A stretch of DNA of 64,000 nt from Candidatus Tayloriibacteriota bacterium. GTDB lineage: Bacteria > Patescibacteriota > Minisyncoccia > Phycocordibacterales > PALSA-1337. The stretch spans positions 2,699 through 66,698 of the forward strand of contig JBAXUB010000003.1 in assembly GCA_037129895.1 (NCBI GenBank). The letters run 5' to 3'. The translations under genes were made by a program, and so were the position numbers. The notes below the pieces were generated by a model that was given only the letters and a program-made list of their open reading frames with translations, had not been told where the DNA came from and searched no databases. Shown in pieces: positions 21,507 to 30,867 of the stretch (position 1 is its first letter; the number at the start of each line of letters is the position of its first letter).

Positions 21507-21525
21507 GTAGAGGTCTGACCTCTAC
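21507..21525. repeat. Palindromic element GTAGAGGTC(T)GACCTCTAC, copy 2
   Basis: Direct comparison with 20867-20885. Confidence 0.55.
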
Positions 21526-21641
21526 ATGAGGGGGGTGTATGTAGTTATTCACCATTTACAAGCCATATTGGCTCCACTTCATAATATAATCATGATATAA
21601 TAGCCGGTAATAGGTGGATCAATATTCACGCGTTTACCTTT

Positions 21642-22016
21642 ATGGAATCAAACAAAAAAAAGATATTAGTACTGGAAGACGAAAAAGCGCTATCTAGGGC
21701 ACTAGAACTCAAACTCACGCATGAGGGATTTGAAGTCAAGACAGGTATAAACGGAGATGATCTACTCAGTGTACTATCGAAAGACAAGTATTCACTCATC
21801 ATCTGTGATCTATTGATGCCCAAGACTGATGGATTCCAGGTACTACAGCTTCTCAAAGACAATAATATGAAGATCCCTGTGATAGTTCTCACAAACCTGA
21901 GCCAGGCAGAAGATGAAAGGAAAGTTAGAGAATTGGGGGCAGTGGAATATTTCGTGAAGTCAGATATACCTATTTCTGAAGTGGTTGAGAAAGTCAAAGT
22001 CAGAATCGCCAAGTGA
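21642..22016 (+). CDS. Single-domain response regulator (REC only), adjacent to pilB
   Basis: The motifs 'ILVLEDE', 'CDLLMPKTDG', 'VIVLT' and 'K' are all present. Confidence 0.8.
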   Translation: MESNKKKILVLEDEKALSRALELKLTHEGFEVKTGINGDDLLSVLSKDKYSLIICDLLMPKTDGFQVLQLLKDNNMKIPVIVLTNLSQAEDERKVRELGAVEYFVKSDIPISEVVEKVKVRIAK

Positions 22017-22113
22017 TCGGCTATAGTTTTTGTGTAGCACATAGAAATTTGCAAAGTAGAGTCAGTACATTTTATAAAACTAAAATAATTTAATAAAAAG
22101 ATTAAATAAATAT

Positions 22114-23763
22114 ATGAAATTTGATCAAGAAGCAATCATCAAAACCCTTTTGGATGGTAATTACATTACCGCAGATGATATAAAGAAGGCTGGAGAGTAT
22201 GCCGAGGAACATCGTGGCTCTCCGATCGAATACTTGATCACAGAAGGCCTGGCTAGCAATGATATCATCGGCCAAGCTATAGCTGAATCTCTCAAAGTTC
22301 CATATTCGAATCTGAAGACCAAAGAACCTTCCAAGGAACAGGTGTTGCTCATACCCGAGGAGATCGCAAAGAAATTTCATGTAGTCGTTTTCGATGAGAA
22401 CAGTCGCGAGACGATCATCGCTTCGGATGATCCAAAGAATGAAGACTTGGCGAAGGAGTTGGCGGTGATTTTCCCAAACAAGAAGATCAAACTCACTTTT
22501 TCACTATCTGATGATATCGACGCGGCATTCGTAGCATACCAACAAGGTTTGAAGACCAAGTTTTCCAAGATCATCGCAGCGAAGGGACGCATAGTTCCAG
22601 AGATCTGGGATCAAATATTCGAGGATGCATTGCTCCTCAAGACTTCCGATATACACTGTGAACCGCAGGAAAAGAAAGTTGTTATAAGATTCAGAATAGA
22701 TGGGATATTGCATGATGCTGGTGAGATACCAAAGGAATTCTATGAGAATGTTGTGAACAGGTTGAAGGTTCAAGCCAAGTTGCGTATCGATGAACATTTC
22801 AGTGCACAAGATGGTGCTATCCGTTATGTTCCCAAGAATTATCCTCATCCAGTCGATCTACGTGTATCTATCGTTCCTGTATTGGATGGTGAGAAGATCG
22901 CTATCCGTGTTCTATCATCATATGTGCGTGATCTCACATTGAGTGATGTTGGATTGTCAAAGGAATTGCAGGATCAGATCGAAAAGAGCTCAAAGAAACC
23001 ATTTGGTATGATACTAGTTACTGGTCCAACAGGTTCAGGTAAGACGACTACGCTCTATTCTATATTGAAAATAGTGAATACGCTGAAGACGAATATCACT
23101 ACGATCGAAGATCCTGTGGAGTACAAGATCGATGGTATCAATCAGATACAAGTGAACAATCAGACTAATCTGACTTTTGCCAAGGGTTTGAGAGCTATCA
23201 CACGTCAAGACCCCAATATCATCTTAGTTGGTGAGATCCGAGATCTGGAAACTGCAGACATCGCTGTGAATGCCTCATTGACTGGTCACCTCCTGTTCTC
23301 TACATTCCATGCTAACAACGCTTCAGCGGCGATTCCGAGATTCATAGATATGGGCATCGAACCATTTCTAGCAGGATCTACGATAGAGATGGTCATCGCA
23401 CAGAGATTGGTTCGTAGAATATGTGATTCATGCAAGGTGAGTCAGACGATGACCAAAGCAAAGATCAATAAGTTCGGCCCTGAGGTTAGTAAATATTTCG
23501 TCGGCGATAACTTTACATTCTATAGAGGCAAAGGCTGTGAGTCATGTTCGCATACAGGTTACAAGGGCCGCATCGGCATATTTGAGTTCATGACGACATC
23601 TCCTGAATTGCAGGACCTCATCGGCAAGAGTCCATCGACAAAGGATGTATTGTCATTGGTCCGGACACAAGGCTTCAAAACAATGTTCGAAGATGGGGTC
23701 GAAAAAATCAAAGCTGGCATCACGACTATAGATGAATTGTTGCGCGTTATCACACCACAATAA
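22114..23763 (+). CDS. pilB: Type IV pilus assembly ATPase (PilB/GspE family)
   Basis: It has an N-terminal GspE_N-like domain, the Walker A 'GPTGSGKTT', a Walker B/His box, and tetracysteine 'CDSC...CESCSH'. Confidence 0.9.
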   Translation: MKFDQEAIIKTLLDGNYITADDIKKAGEYAEEHRGSPIEYLITEGLASNDIIGQAIAESLKVPYSNLKTKEPSKEQVLLIPEEIAKKFHVVVFDENSRETIIASDDPKNEDLAKELAVIFPNKKIKLTFSLSDDIDAAFVAYQQGLKTKFSKIIAAKGRIVPEIWDQIFEDALLLKTSDIHCEPQEKKVVIRFRIDGILHDAGEIPKEFYENVVNRLKVQAKLRIDEHFSAQDGAIRYVPKNYPHPVDLRVSIVPVLDGEKIAIRVLSSYVRDLTLSDVGLSKELQDQIEKSSKKPFGMILVTGPTGSGKTTTLYSILKIVNTLKTNITTIEDPVEYKIDGINQIQVNNQTNLTFAKGLRAITRQDPNIILVGEIRDLETADIAVNASLTGHLLFSTFHANNASAAIPRFIDMGIEPFLAGSTIEMVIAQRLVRRICDSCKVSQTMTKAKINKFGPEVSKYFVGDNFTFYRGKGCESCSHTGYKGRIGIFEFMTTSPELQDLIGKSPSTKDVLSLVRTQGFKTMFEDGVEKIKAGITTIDELLRVITPQ

Positions 23764-23769
23764 AAATAT

Positions 23770-24906
23770 ATGAGACCTATAGACGTACGCAGATCATATG
23801 AAAAGAAGGGTTTTACAAAACCGGTTTTCGAATATCGTCCAGATTGGCCATATATCAGCGTAGGTTTCGGAGATGAACAGGATTATCTGATAGAGAATCT
23901 GAGTCTACTCATATCATCGGGTATGGGGATATCTAGTGCACTAGAAGCGATCAGAGTTTCGATAAAGGGTAGGAGATTGAAGAAGATCACCAAAGCCATA
24001 GAGTCTATGGTGAATGACGGCATGCCTCTCTGGCAAGCATTCGAGGTGACGAAATTATTATCTGATCGAGTTATATCGATCATCAGATCAGGTGAAGAAG
24101 CGGGAAAACTTCCAGAACACCTGAACTTGGTGACTATACAGACACACAAGGAAAAAGTCTTCAATTCTAGACTGAAATCAGCTCTACTATATCCTGGCAT
24201 CGTCCTCATCTTGGCTTTCATCGTCGCTGTCGGTAGTACATGGATCGTCCTGCCAAAACTGGTGTCAGTATTTCAAACAGCCAAGGGAGATCTGCCATTC
24301 GCAACGAAGACGATGTTGTGGTTGGGTACATTTATGTCAGATTATGGTGCTATCGTGGCGCCAGCCGTCATTGCGGCGGTTCTCGTACTAGTTTTCTTTG
24401 TCTTTTTCTTCAAGAAAACCAAGTTCATCGGGGATTATATATTGTTCTCGATTCCAGGAGTGAGGTCACTCATACAAGGCGTCGAATTGGCGAGGTTCGG
24501 GTATATAACCGGGGTATTGTTGCAAGCGGGATTCCAGGTCAATGAAGCATTGGAATCAGTGAAGAAAGGCACAACATACGCACAATATAGGAAGTTCTAT
24601 GAGCATCTCCAGCTCAATATCATAAACGGCGAATCATTCAAGAAATCGGTTTCATCATTCAAGAAGGCTGATAAATATCTACCAATCCCTATTCAGCAAC
24701 TTATTTTCTCTTCTGAACAGTCTGGAAAGTTATCCGAAACTCTGATCAAGATCGGAGTGATATTCGAAGAAAAGACCGAAGCTATGTCGAGAGATCTGAG
24801 TACAGTATTGGAACCAGTCATCTTGATCGTAGTTGGTCTAGTCGTCGGTTTCGTCGTGCTTGCGATCATGGGACCAATATATGGATTATCAAATCAAATA
24901 TTATAA
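23770..24906 (+). CDS. pilC: Type IV pilus platform protein (PilC/GspF family)
   Basis: It has duplicated T2SSF domains and 3 TM segments. Confidence 0.85.
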   Translation: MRPIDVRRSYEKKGFTKPVFEYRPDWPYISVGFGDEQDYLIENLSLLISSGMGISSALEAIRVSIKGRRLKKITKAIESMVNDGMPLWQAFEVTKLLSDRVISIIRSGEEAGKLPEHLNLVTIQTHKEKVFNSRLKSALLYPGIVLILAFIVAVGSTWIVLPKLVSVFQTAKGDLPFATKTMLWLGTFMSDYGAIVAPAVIAAVLVLVFFVFFFKKTKFIGDYILFSIPGVRSLIQGVELARFGYITGVLLQAGFQVNEALESVKKGTTYAQYRKFYEHLQLNIINGESFKKSVSSFKKADKYLPIPIQQLIFSSEQSGKLSETLIKIGVIFEEKTEAMSRDLSTVLEPVILIVVGLVVGFVVLAIMGPIYGLSNQIL

Positions 24907-25330
24907 TAGAGGGTTTTCTTTGGTAGAACTTTTGATAGTGATAGGCATCATTGCACTATTCGCTACAACTTCTACTGGTGTCTATTATAGTCTGAGGTCA
25001 AATACTAGTTTGGAATTGAATACTGGAAGTATAGTAGAGGCCGTCCGACTCGCACAATCTAGCGCCCAATCGGGTAAAGGCGATGCAAAATGGGGGGTCA
25101 AAATATCTGCCAATCAGTTGACGATCTTCGAGGGCAATAGTTATTCTGCTAGGAATGCTTCAGCCGATCAGGTCTATGGTATCTCGGGGGATGTCAGCAT
25201 GAGTGGTGTTAGCGAGATAGTTTTCGAGAAGGTCACGGGTGCAACGACTGGTGCGGGTACGATCACGGTTACCAACGGTTCTGGAGTTAGGAATATTATA
25301 ATAAATGAAAAAGGAACAGTTATATATTGA
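24881..25330 (+). CDS. Pilin-like protein
   Basis: It carries the prepilin motif 'RGFSLVELLIVIGIIALFA'. Confidence 0.6.
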   Translation: MDYQIKYYNRGFSLVELLIVIGIIALFATTSTGVYYSLRSNTSLELNTGSIVEAVRLAQSSAQSGKGDAKWGVKISANQLTIFEGNSYSARNASADQVYGISGDVSMSGVSEIVFEKVTGATTGAGTITVTNGSGVRNIIINEKGTVIY

Positions 25331-27551
25331 TATGTATAATAGAACTGATAAATCAAATACTCACTTGGCTCGCTCTGTTCGTACGAGTCGCTCGGCTGGA
25401 TTTTCTCTAGTCGAAATACTCGTTTCGATCTCTATATTCGTTATATTCGTCATAGCGGCGTCGGGTACCATAACTGATGTATCGAGACAGTCAAAGAATT
25501 CTGCCAACAAGGAAAGAGCAGCAGTCCTCGTAGAAGAGGCATTCGAAGCATCGAGAAATATTCGCGATGCCAATTTCGATAATCTCATCGATGGCTCATA
25601 CGGACTTTCTACATCGAGTAATATGTGGAATTTTTCTGGAACGTCTGATCTCACAGATCTGTTTACTAGAGTGATCAATATTTCGACAATCAGTCCTGAT
25701 CAGAAGAAGATCTCCGTGGCTGTTTCCTGGGCTGATCAGGCTTCAACTTCCAACACCTTTTCCATGAGTACATATCTCACACGTTGGCGTACCATTCTGA
25801 ACAATCAAGCAGGACTCACAGTGAACAAATCGGTAGTGAACCATGGCGGATCTAAGGTCGCTGCTGATTTTGCACCATATATGGCTGGTACTACTACGTT
25901 GACAGTTGGAGTTGCATCTATGCTAGATCCTGGATCTTACACAATCACCGAAAGTGTTGACCCAAATTACATTCAAACATTCAGTGGGGATTGTGATAGT
26001 GGTGGTAATATCACACTTGGCGCTAGTACTACCAATACTTGTCTCATCACCAATGAAGAAAAGCCTTCTAGGCTCACAGTGACCAAGGTGGTGACGAATC
26101 ATGGTCTATCAAAAACTATCTCAGACTTTACTCTGCTCGTAGATGCAAATCCAGTCACTTCTGGTGTAACAAATACTTTCAATTCTGGTATACATACAGT
26201 TTCTGAGGTTGCAGATAGTAGTTACAACACCACATTCAGCGGTGATTGTAATTCTATAGGTTCTGTCACACTAGCACCTAATACCACAAAAGCTTGTACA
26301 TTGACCAATGAAGAAAATCTAGCAAGCATATATATTACGAAAACAGTTATCAATCATGGTGATTCTAAGGTAGCCGCCGATTTTCAACCTTATCAAGTTG
26401 GGAATGCATCGGGTACAACTACGGTTAGTCTGAATGCTACAACAACCAAGAATTCTGGCACGTACTACGTCTCAGAGGTGATCGTTAATAAATATACGAA
26501 AACATATAGTGGGGATTGCAATGCGAGTGGTTTGATCACTCTGACTAGTGGAACAACGAAGTATTGTCACCTAACAAATGAAGAAGTACTTGTGAATGCA
26601 GTCCCTGACGTCACCACTCCTACAGTCTCATCTATTACCAATACCACTGCCACTCTCGGTGCGACTGTCACATCACTCGGCGTTCCAGCATCTATATCTG
26701 CACGCGGAACGTGTTGGGGAACGTCACCATCACCAACGACGAATTGTGTAGCCGAAGGCAATACGACAACTGGCGCATTCACTCAAGCTAGGACAGGACT
26801 CGCTATGGCTACTACGTATTACTATCGAGGTTATGCAACGAATACTACTGGCACGGGGTATTCTGCTGACGGTACATTCACAACGACTGGTTGTTCGACC
26901 GCATCATCTGTAGTTGGTACTCCGACGCTGTATGATTCTGCTTCATCAAACTCGGCCCTGGTCTCGAAGCCTACAGGAGTTACAACTGGTGACATCATGT
27001 TCGCACATATTCTACATAATGCTGCTAATAATAGTGATCGCTTGAATGCTATCCCTACGGGTTGGGTCCAAATCGCTCGCCACAGAAATGGAAATTACAA
27101 TCAGGCATTGTATTATCACGTCGCTGATGCAGCCGAGGGGGCCAATTATACTTTTGGCTTTTCGGGAAATATCAAAGCCGCGATTACTGTATCGGCATAT
27201 AGAGGCTGCTTCAATACAGCCAATCCTATAGCAGCCTCTTCTAGTGTTGAATATGTTGCGAATAATACTACATACCGTGCTGATACGATGACGTTACCAT
27301 CTGCCAATAGTACGATCCTCATGTTCCCAAGCATGTTTACTACTACAGTACGTACGTTCGCAAATCCTCTAACTCAGTCCGGTGGTTGGACAGAGGACTA
27401 CGATCAAGGTAGTACAGCGTCTGACTTCTCGAGAGCTGGGTATCGCAAGTTCATGTCTGCGTCTGGTGCAACGAATGTTATAGATAGTATCGGTCAGTCA
27501 GGGAGCACAGTTAAACACGCCTTTGGTGTAGGACTCACGCCGATCCCATGA
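25305..27551 (+). CDS. Large pilin-like protein with N-terminal prepilin motif and ≥3 internal ~90-aa repeats (possible tip adhesin)
   Basis: N-terminal 'SAGFSLVEILVSISIFVIFVIA' is followed by repeats such as 'VNHGGSKVAADFAPY...', 'NHGLSKTISDFTL...' and 'NHGDSKVAADFQPY...'. The C-terminal region is Thr/Ser-rich. Confidence 0.6.
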   Translation: MKKEQLYIDMYNRTDKSNTHLARSVRTSRSAGFSLVEILVSISIFVIFVIAASGTITDVSRQSKNSANKERAAVLVEEAFEASRNIRDANFDNLIDGSYGLSTSSNMWNFSGTSDLTDLFTRVINISTISPDQKKISVAVSWADQASTSNTFSMSTYLTRWRTILNNQAGLTVNKSVVNHGGSKVAADFAPYMAGTTTLTVGVASMLDPGSYTITESVDPNYIQTFSGDCDSGGNITLGASTTNTCLITNEEKPSRLTVTKVVTNHGLSKTISDFTLLVDANPVTSGVTNTFNSGIHTVSEVADSSYNTTFSGDCNSIGSVTLAPNTTKACTLTNEENLASIYITKTVINHGDSKVAADFQPYQVGNASGTTTVSLNATTTKNSGTYYVSEVIVNKYTKTYSGDCNASGLITLTSGTTKYCHLTNEEVLVNAVPDVTTPTVSSITNTTATLGATVTSLGVPASISARGTCWGTSPSPTTNCVAEGNTTTGAFTQARTGLAMATTYYYRGYATNTTGTGYSADGTFTTTGCSTASSVVGTPTLYDSASSNSALVSKPTGVTTGDIMFAHILHNAANNSDRLNAIPTGWVQIARHRNGNYNQALYYHVADAAEGANYTFGFSGNIKAAITVSAYRGCFNTANPIAASSSVEYVANNTTYRADTMTLPSANSTILMFPSMFTTTVRTFANPLTQSGGWTEDYDQGSTASDFSRAGYRKFMSASGATNVIDSIGQSGSTVKHAFGVGLTPIP

Positions 27552-27558
27552 TGATCCT

Positions 27559-28092
27559 ATGATTTTCCATTCATTAAATATGAAACAAGTAAAACAAATA
27601 TCAGGCTTCAGTTTAGTAGAGACGCTAGTATACATAGCGATATTTTCGGTGCTCATTATTTCGATCACGAATTTCTTTGGTACGATGTCGGCATCTCGTA
27701 TACGCAATCAACTGACCCTAGAGGTCAATGATCAAGGCGCGAAAGTGATGAAGACGATAACTCAAGCGCTGAGGAATGCTAGTCAGGTCAACAGTCCGAC
27801 GATAGGGAATACGGGTGCGAGTCTCAGTCTAGTGACTGTGGCTCCTGTAACATCGCCGACAGTATTTTCTCTGAGTAATGGCACGATATTTGTAACGGAA
27901 GGGGCGGGAGTTGCAACAGCACTAACCAACAACAAGGTTATTGCGAATAGTCTCGTGTTCGCGAACTTATCACATCCATCAACTCCGAACATTGTGAAGA
28001 TCAGCTATACACTGACTAGTTCCACTACTGCCTCAGGTCCAGGTGGACAGTATTCATTTACTTTCAATGGAAGTGGGGCACTCAGGAAATAA
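27559..28092 (+). CDS. Pilin-like protein
   Basis: It carries the prepilin motif 'SGFSLVETLVYIAIFSVLIISI'. Confidence 0.6.
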   Translation: MIFHSLNMKQVKQISGFSLVETLVYIAIFSVLIISITNFFGTMSASRIRNQLTLEVNDQGAKVMKTITQALRNASQVNSPTIGNTGASLSLVTVAPVTSPTVFSLSNGTIFVTEGAGVATALTNNKVIANSLVFANLSHPSTPNIVKISYTLTSSTTASGPGGQYSFTFNGSGALRK

Positions 28093-28093
28093 T

Positions 28094-28525
28094 ATGAAAA
28101 AATATCAATTAAATAAAGATTCAAAGGCAGCTCGACGCTCCGAGAGCATCTCTCAAGGTGGTTTTGCGACTCTATTCATCGTGATCGTTCTAGGGGCTGT
28201 TGTTCTGGCCCTCATATTCAACTTATCAACTAGTAGTGTTTGGTCTATCAAAGGCAGTACCGACACGAAAAATTCGAATGTAGCGAAGTCACTCACAAAC
28301 GCTTGTGCAGAAGTCGCTCTAGAGGCATTGCGTGAGAATCACAGTCTAACAGGTACAGCAAGTCTGGTATTGGATGGAAATACTTGTGAATATACAGTTA
28401 CGAATACTGGTGGTGATACGAGACAGGTTGTAGCGTCGAGTACTTATAGTGGCATCGTACGTAAGTTGACTATAAATACTAGTACTTTCAATCCACTGGT
28501 CATATCTAGCTGGGTTGAGAATTAA
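28094..28525 (+). CDS. Minor pilin (PilX-like)
   Basis: It starts at 'MKKYQLNK...' with a degenerate prepilin N-terminus 'GGFATLFIVIVLGAVVLAL'. It is paralogous to 15914-16465. Confidence 0.5.
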   Translation: MKKYQLNKDSKAARRSESISQGGFATLFIVIVLGAVVLALIFNLSTSSVWSIKGSTDTKNSNVAKSLTNACAEVALEALRENHSLTGTASLVLDGNTCEYTVTNTGGDTRQVVASSTYSGIVRKLTINTSTFNPLVISSWVEN

Positions 28526-28613
28526 ACGAGTATATGAGTTGATAGAGAAAATGCGCATATTTCATTTTATCTGCAACATAGTGTAAAATATAGACGATCT
28601 AGTTCAAAAAAAC

Positions 28614-29612
28614 ATGAAAAAAATCACGATCATTTCAGCATGTGTTATTTTGCTCATTGCTATCGCTGGTGGATTGTTTCTGTTTGGGCAATTCCAAAAT
28701 CAATCTCTAGGAACGATCAAATACGGCTATCAGGACTGGCCAGGTGTATTGCCTTATCTCATTGCATACGAAAAAGGATTCTATAAAAATAGAGGTTTAG
28801 ATGTTGTATTGGTCAAAGAAGACTCATATGTCAAGGAACTTGAGGATCTGATAAGCGGCGCTATAGATTTCAGTGGGGACGTTGCCCTCATCGATGTGGT
28901 AAAAAGAGTCAGTAAAGGGGTAAATCTCTCAGTTGTCTTGGCAACTGATTACTCGAACGGCGCGGATGGATTTGTTGCCAATAGTTCCGTGAAAAGTATC
29001 ACTGGCCTCAAGGGCAAGAATGTGTCGGTCGAGATGGATACGTTGGGCGAATATCTACTATATGAAGCACTGAAAAAGGACAATTTGAAACTGACTGATA
29101 TAAAGGAGGTCAATCTTTCTGCACAGGACGCCGCACAGGCTTTCATAGACAAAAAGGTAGATGCAGCTGTTAGTTATGGACCGAACTTGAGTCGTGCTGT
29201 TACGGATGGTGATGGGGCGATACTGTATTCATCAGCCAATTCGCCTGGACTCATCATCGATGTTCTAGCTTTTCGAAGCGATTTTGTAAAAAACAATCCA
29301 GCCAAAGTCTCGGCTGTAGTCGGTGCCTATGCCGATGCTATGGATTTTATAGAAAAGAATCCCGGTGATGCCTATACTATAGGTGCGAAATATTTTGGGA
29401 TTTCGGTTGAAGCACTCACAGGTCAATTGAAGGGTATAAAATTGATGTCTATAAGTGAAAATATGGATCTCATGTCATTCGGAAGCGGCAAGGATTCTAT
29501 CCATGGTCTTATAAATAATGCGTATGATTTTCTGAAATTAAAAGGTGATATAGTTGGAGACATAGATACGACAGAGATAGTTGATCATAGTTATGTGCGT
29601 GGAATAATGTGA
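28614..29612 (+). CDS. Membrane-anchored periplasmic-binding protein (NMT1/SsuA/TauA-like SBP)
   Basis: It has an N-terminal TM helix and an SBP type-2 fold, e.g. '...GYQDWPGVLPYLIAYEKGFYKNRGLDV...'. It sits directly upstream of the sensor genes. Confidence 0.55.
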   Translation: MKKITIISACVILLIAIAGGLFLFGQFQNQSLGTIKYGYQDWPGVLPYLIAYEKGFYKNRGLDVVLVKEDSYVKELEDLISGAIDFSGDVALIDVVKRVSKGVNLSVVLATDYSNGADGFVANSSVKSITGLKGKNVSVEMDTLGEYLLYEALKKDNLKLTDIKEVNLSAQDAAQAFIDKKVDAAVSYGPNLSRAVTDGDGAILYSSANSPGLIIDVLAFRSDFVKNNPAKVSAVVGAYADAMDFIEKNPGDAYTIGAKYFGISVEALTGQLKGIKLMSISENMDLMSFGSGKDSIHGLINNAYDFLKLKGDIVGDIDTTEIVDHSYVRGIM

Positions 29613-29619
29613 TACCAAT

Positions 29620-30867
29620 ATGTCCATCAAACTCAAATTAAGCTTGGTAATAATTTCTGTCTTAACCATCGTCGGTTCAATGATGTGGGGCATACTATAT
29701 TGGCAGAATAATAGAGTATTGAATGATCATATGGCAGCTGATATCAAGAATGCTGTTAGCTACAATTCTCAGTTGGTCAATGCATATATGGACAGGATCC
29801 AATCGAGTGTCACTAGTTTAGCTAGCGACCCGTCGATAGTCGATGCCTTGGTGAGTAGAGATAAACGTAAACTTGAGCAGGCGAGCCTCAAGTTCACTAC
29901 TATTGTTGAGTCTGAAAATAGTGTTGAGGATATCGCCCTATTCGAAGTCCGTGGATCGGGGTGTATTGTTATCGCAACTAGTAAAGTAGCCCAGTCGATT
30001 GTCGGACAGAATTTCTCTGAACGCGATTATTGTAAAGGCGTCCTGAAAATTAAGGAGACATATGTATCATCTGCGTTCGTCGGGGTTGTCACAAAACATC
30101 CGAATATATCTGTCGTAGTGCCGGTCGAGAATTCTAATGGAGAGATGATCGGGTTTGTGATGGGTGTCGTCAAATTTGACGAGTTACGTGGATATTTGTG
30201 GGATCTTCAGAACGATAGCAAGGTAGAAATAATGGATCGTAATGGAGTGATGTTCCTGGACACGACGAGCAAGATCGAAACCCTAGGTAATCTATCTACT
30301 GTCGAAGATGCAGAGCTCATGGAAATAGAGCAGTCGATATCGAACGGTGTACACGAATGGTATTTTAGAGATGATGATAACTTCATTGGGTACAAGTTCA
30401 ATGGATCGATGACGATCATATATGAACAATCAGCAACTAGTTTGATGGGTCTTTCACATTCCCTGAATTATACGATTCTGGCGTCCTTACTCGTATTGAT
30501 CATCCTGTCATTCTTGGTTATATTTATCTTTTTGGACAGTATTACCAATCGAATTTCGAGGTTGAGTAAAATCTCTAGTGATATTGCCAATGGGCAGTTC
30601 AATATAGAGTTGAATGAAAAAGATATGAAAGCCAAAGATGAGACAGCTATTCTAGCTATGACTTTCGTTGATATGGCAAAGAAACTCAAGGACCTCTATG
30701 ACAATCTGGATAATAAAGTAAAGGAGCGTACTAGTGAATTGGAGAAAACTGGGGCCGATCTCAAGAAAGCTCTAGATGAATCGAGCAGACTCAATAAAGT
30801 CATGGTAGGTAGGGAAATCGAGATGGCCAAATTGAAGAAGGGGCAGGAGCAACAAAAAAATTCATGA
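29620..30867 (+). CDS. Membrane sensor with Cache-like domain and HAMP, no output domain
   Basis: Layout is TM, extracytoplasmic Cache-like domain, TM, HAMP ('ISRLSKISSDIANGQF...'), then coiled coil. It overlaps the next gene by 4 nt. Confidence 0.55.
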   Translation: MSIKLKLSLVIISVLTIVGSMMWGILYWQNNRVLNDHMAADIKNAVSYNSQLVNAYMDRIQSSVTSLASDPSIVDALVSRDKRKLEQASLKFTTIVESENSVEDIALFEVRGSGCIVIATSKVAQSIVGQNFSERDYCKGVLKIKETYVSSAFVGVVTKHPNISVVVPVENSNGEMIGFVMGVVKFDELRGYLWDLQNDSKVEIMDRNGVMFLDTTSKIETLGNLSTVEDAELMEIEQSISNGVHEWYFRDDDNFIGYKFNGSMTIIYEQSATSLMGLSHSLNYTILASLLVLIILSFLVIFIFLDSITNRISRLSKISSDIANGQFNIELNEKDMKAKDETAILAMTFVDMAKKLKDLYDNLDNKVKERTSELEKTGADLKKALDESSRLNKVMVGREIEMAKLKKGQEQQKNS

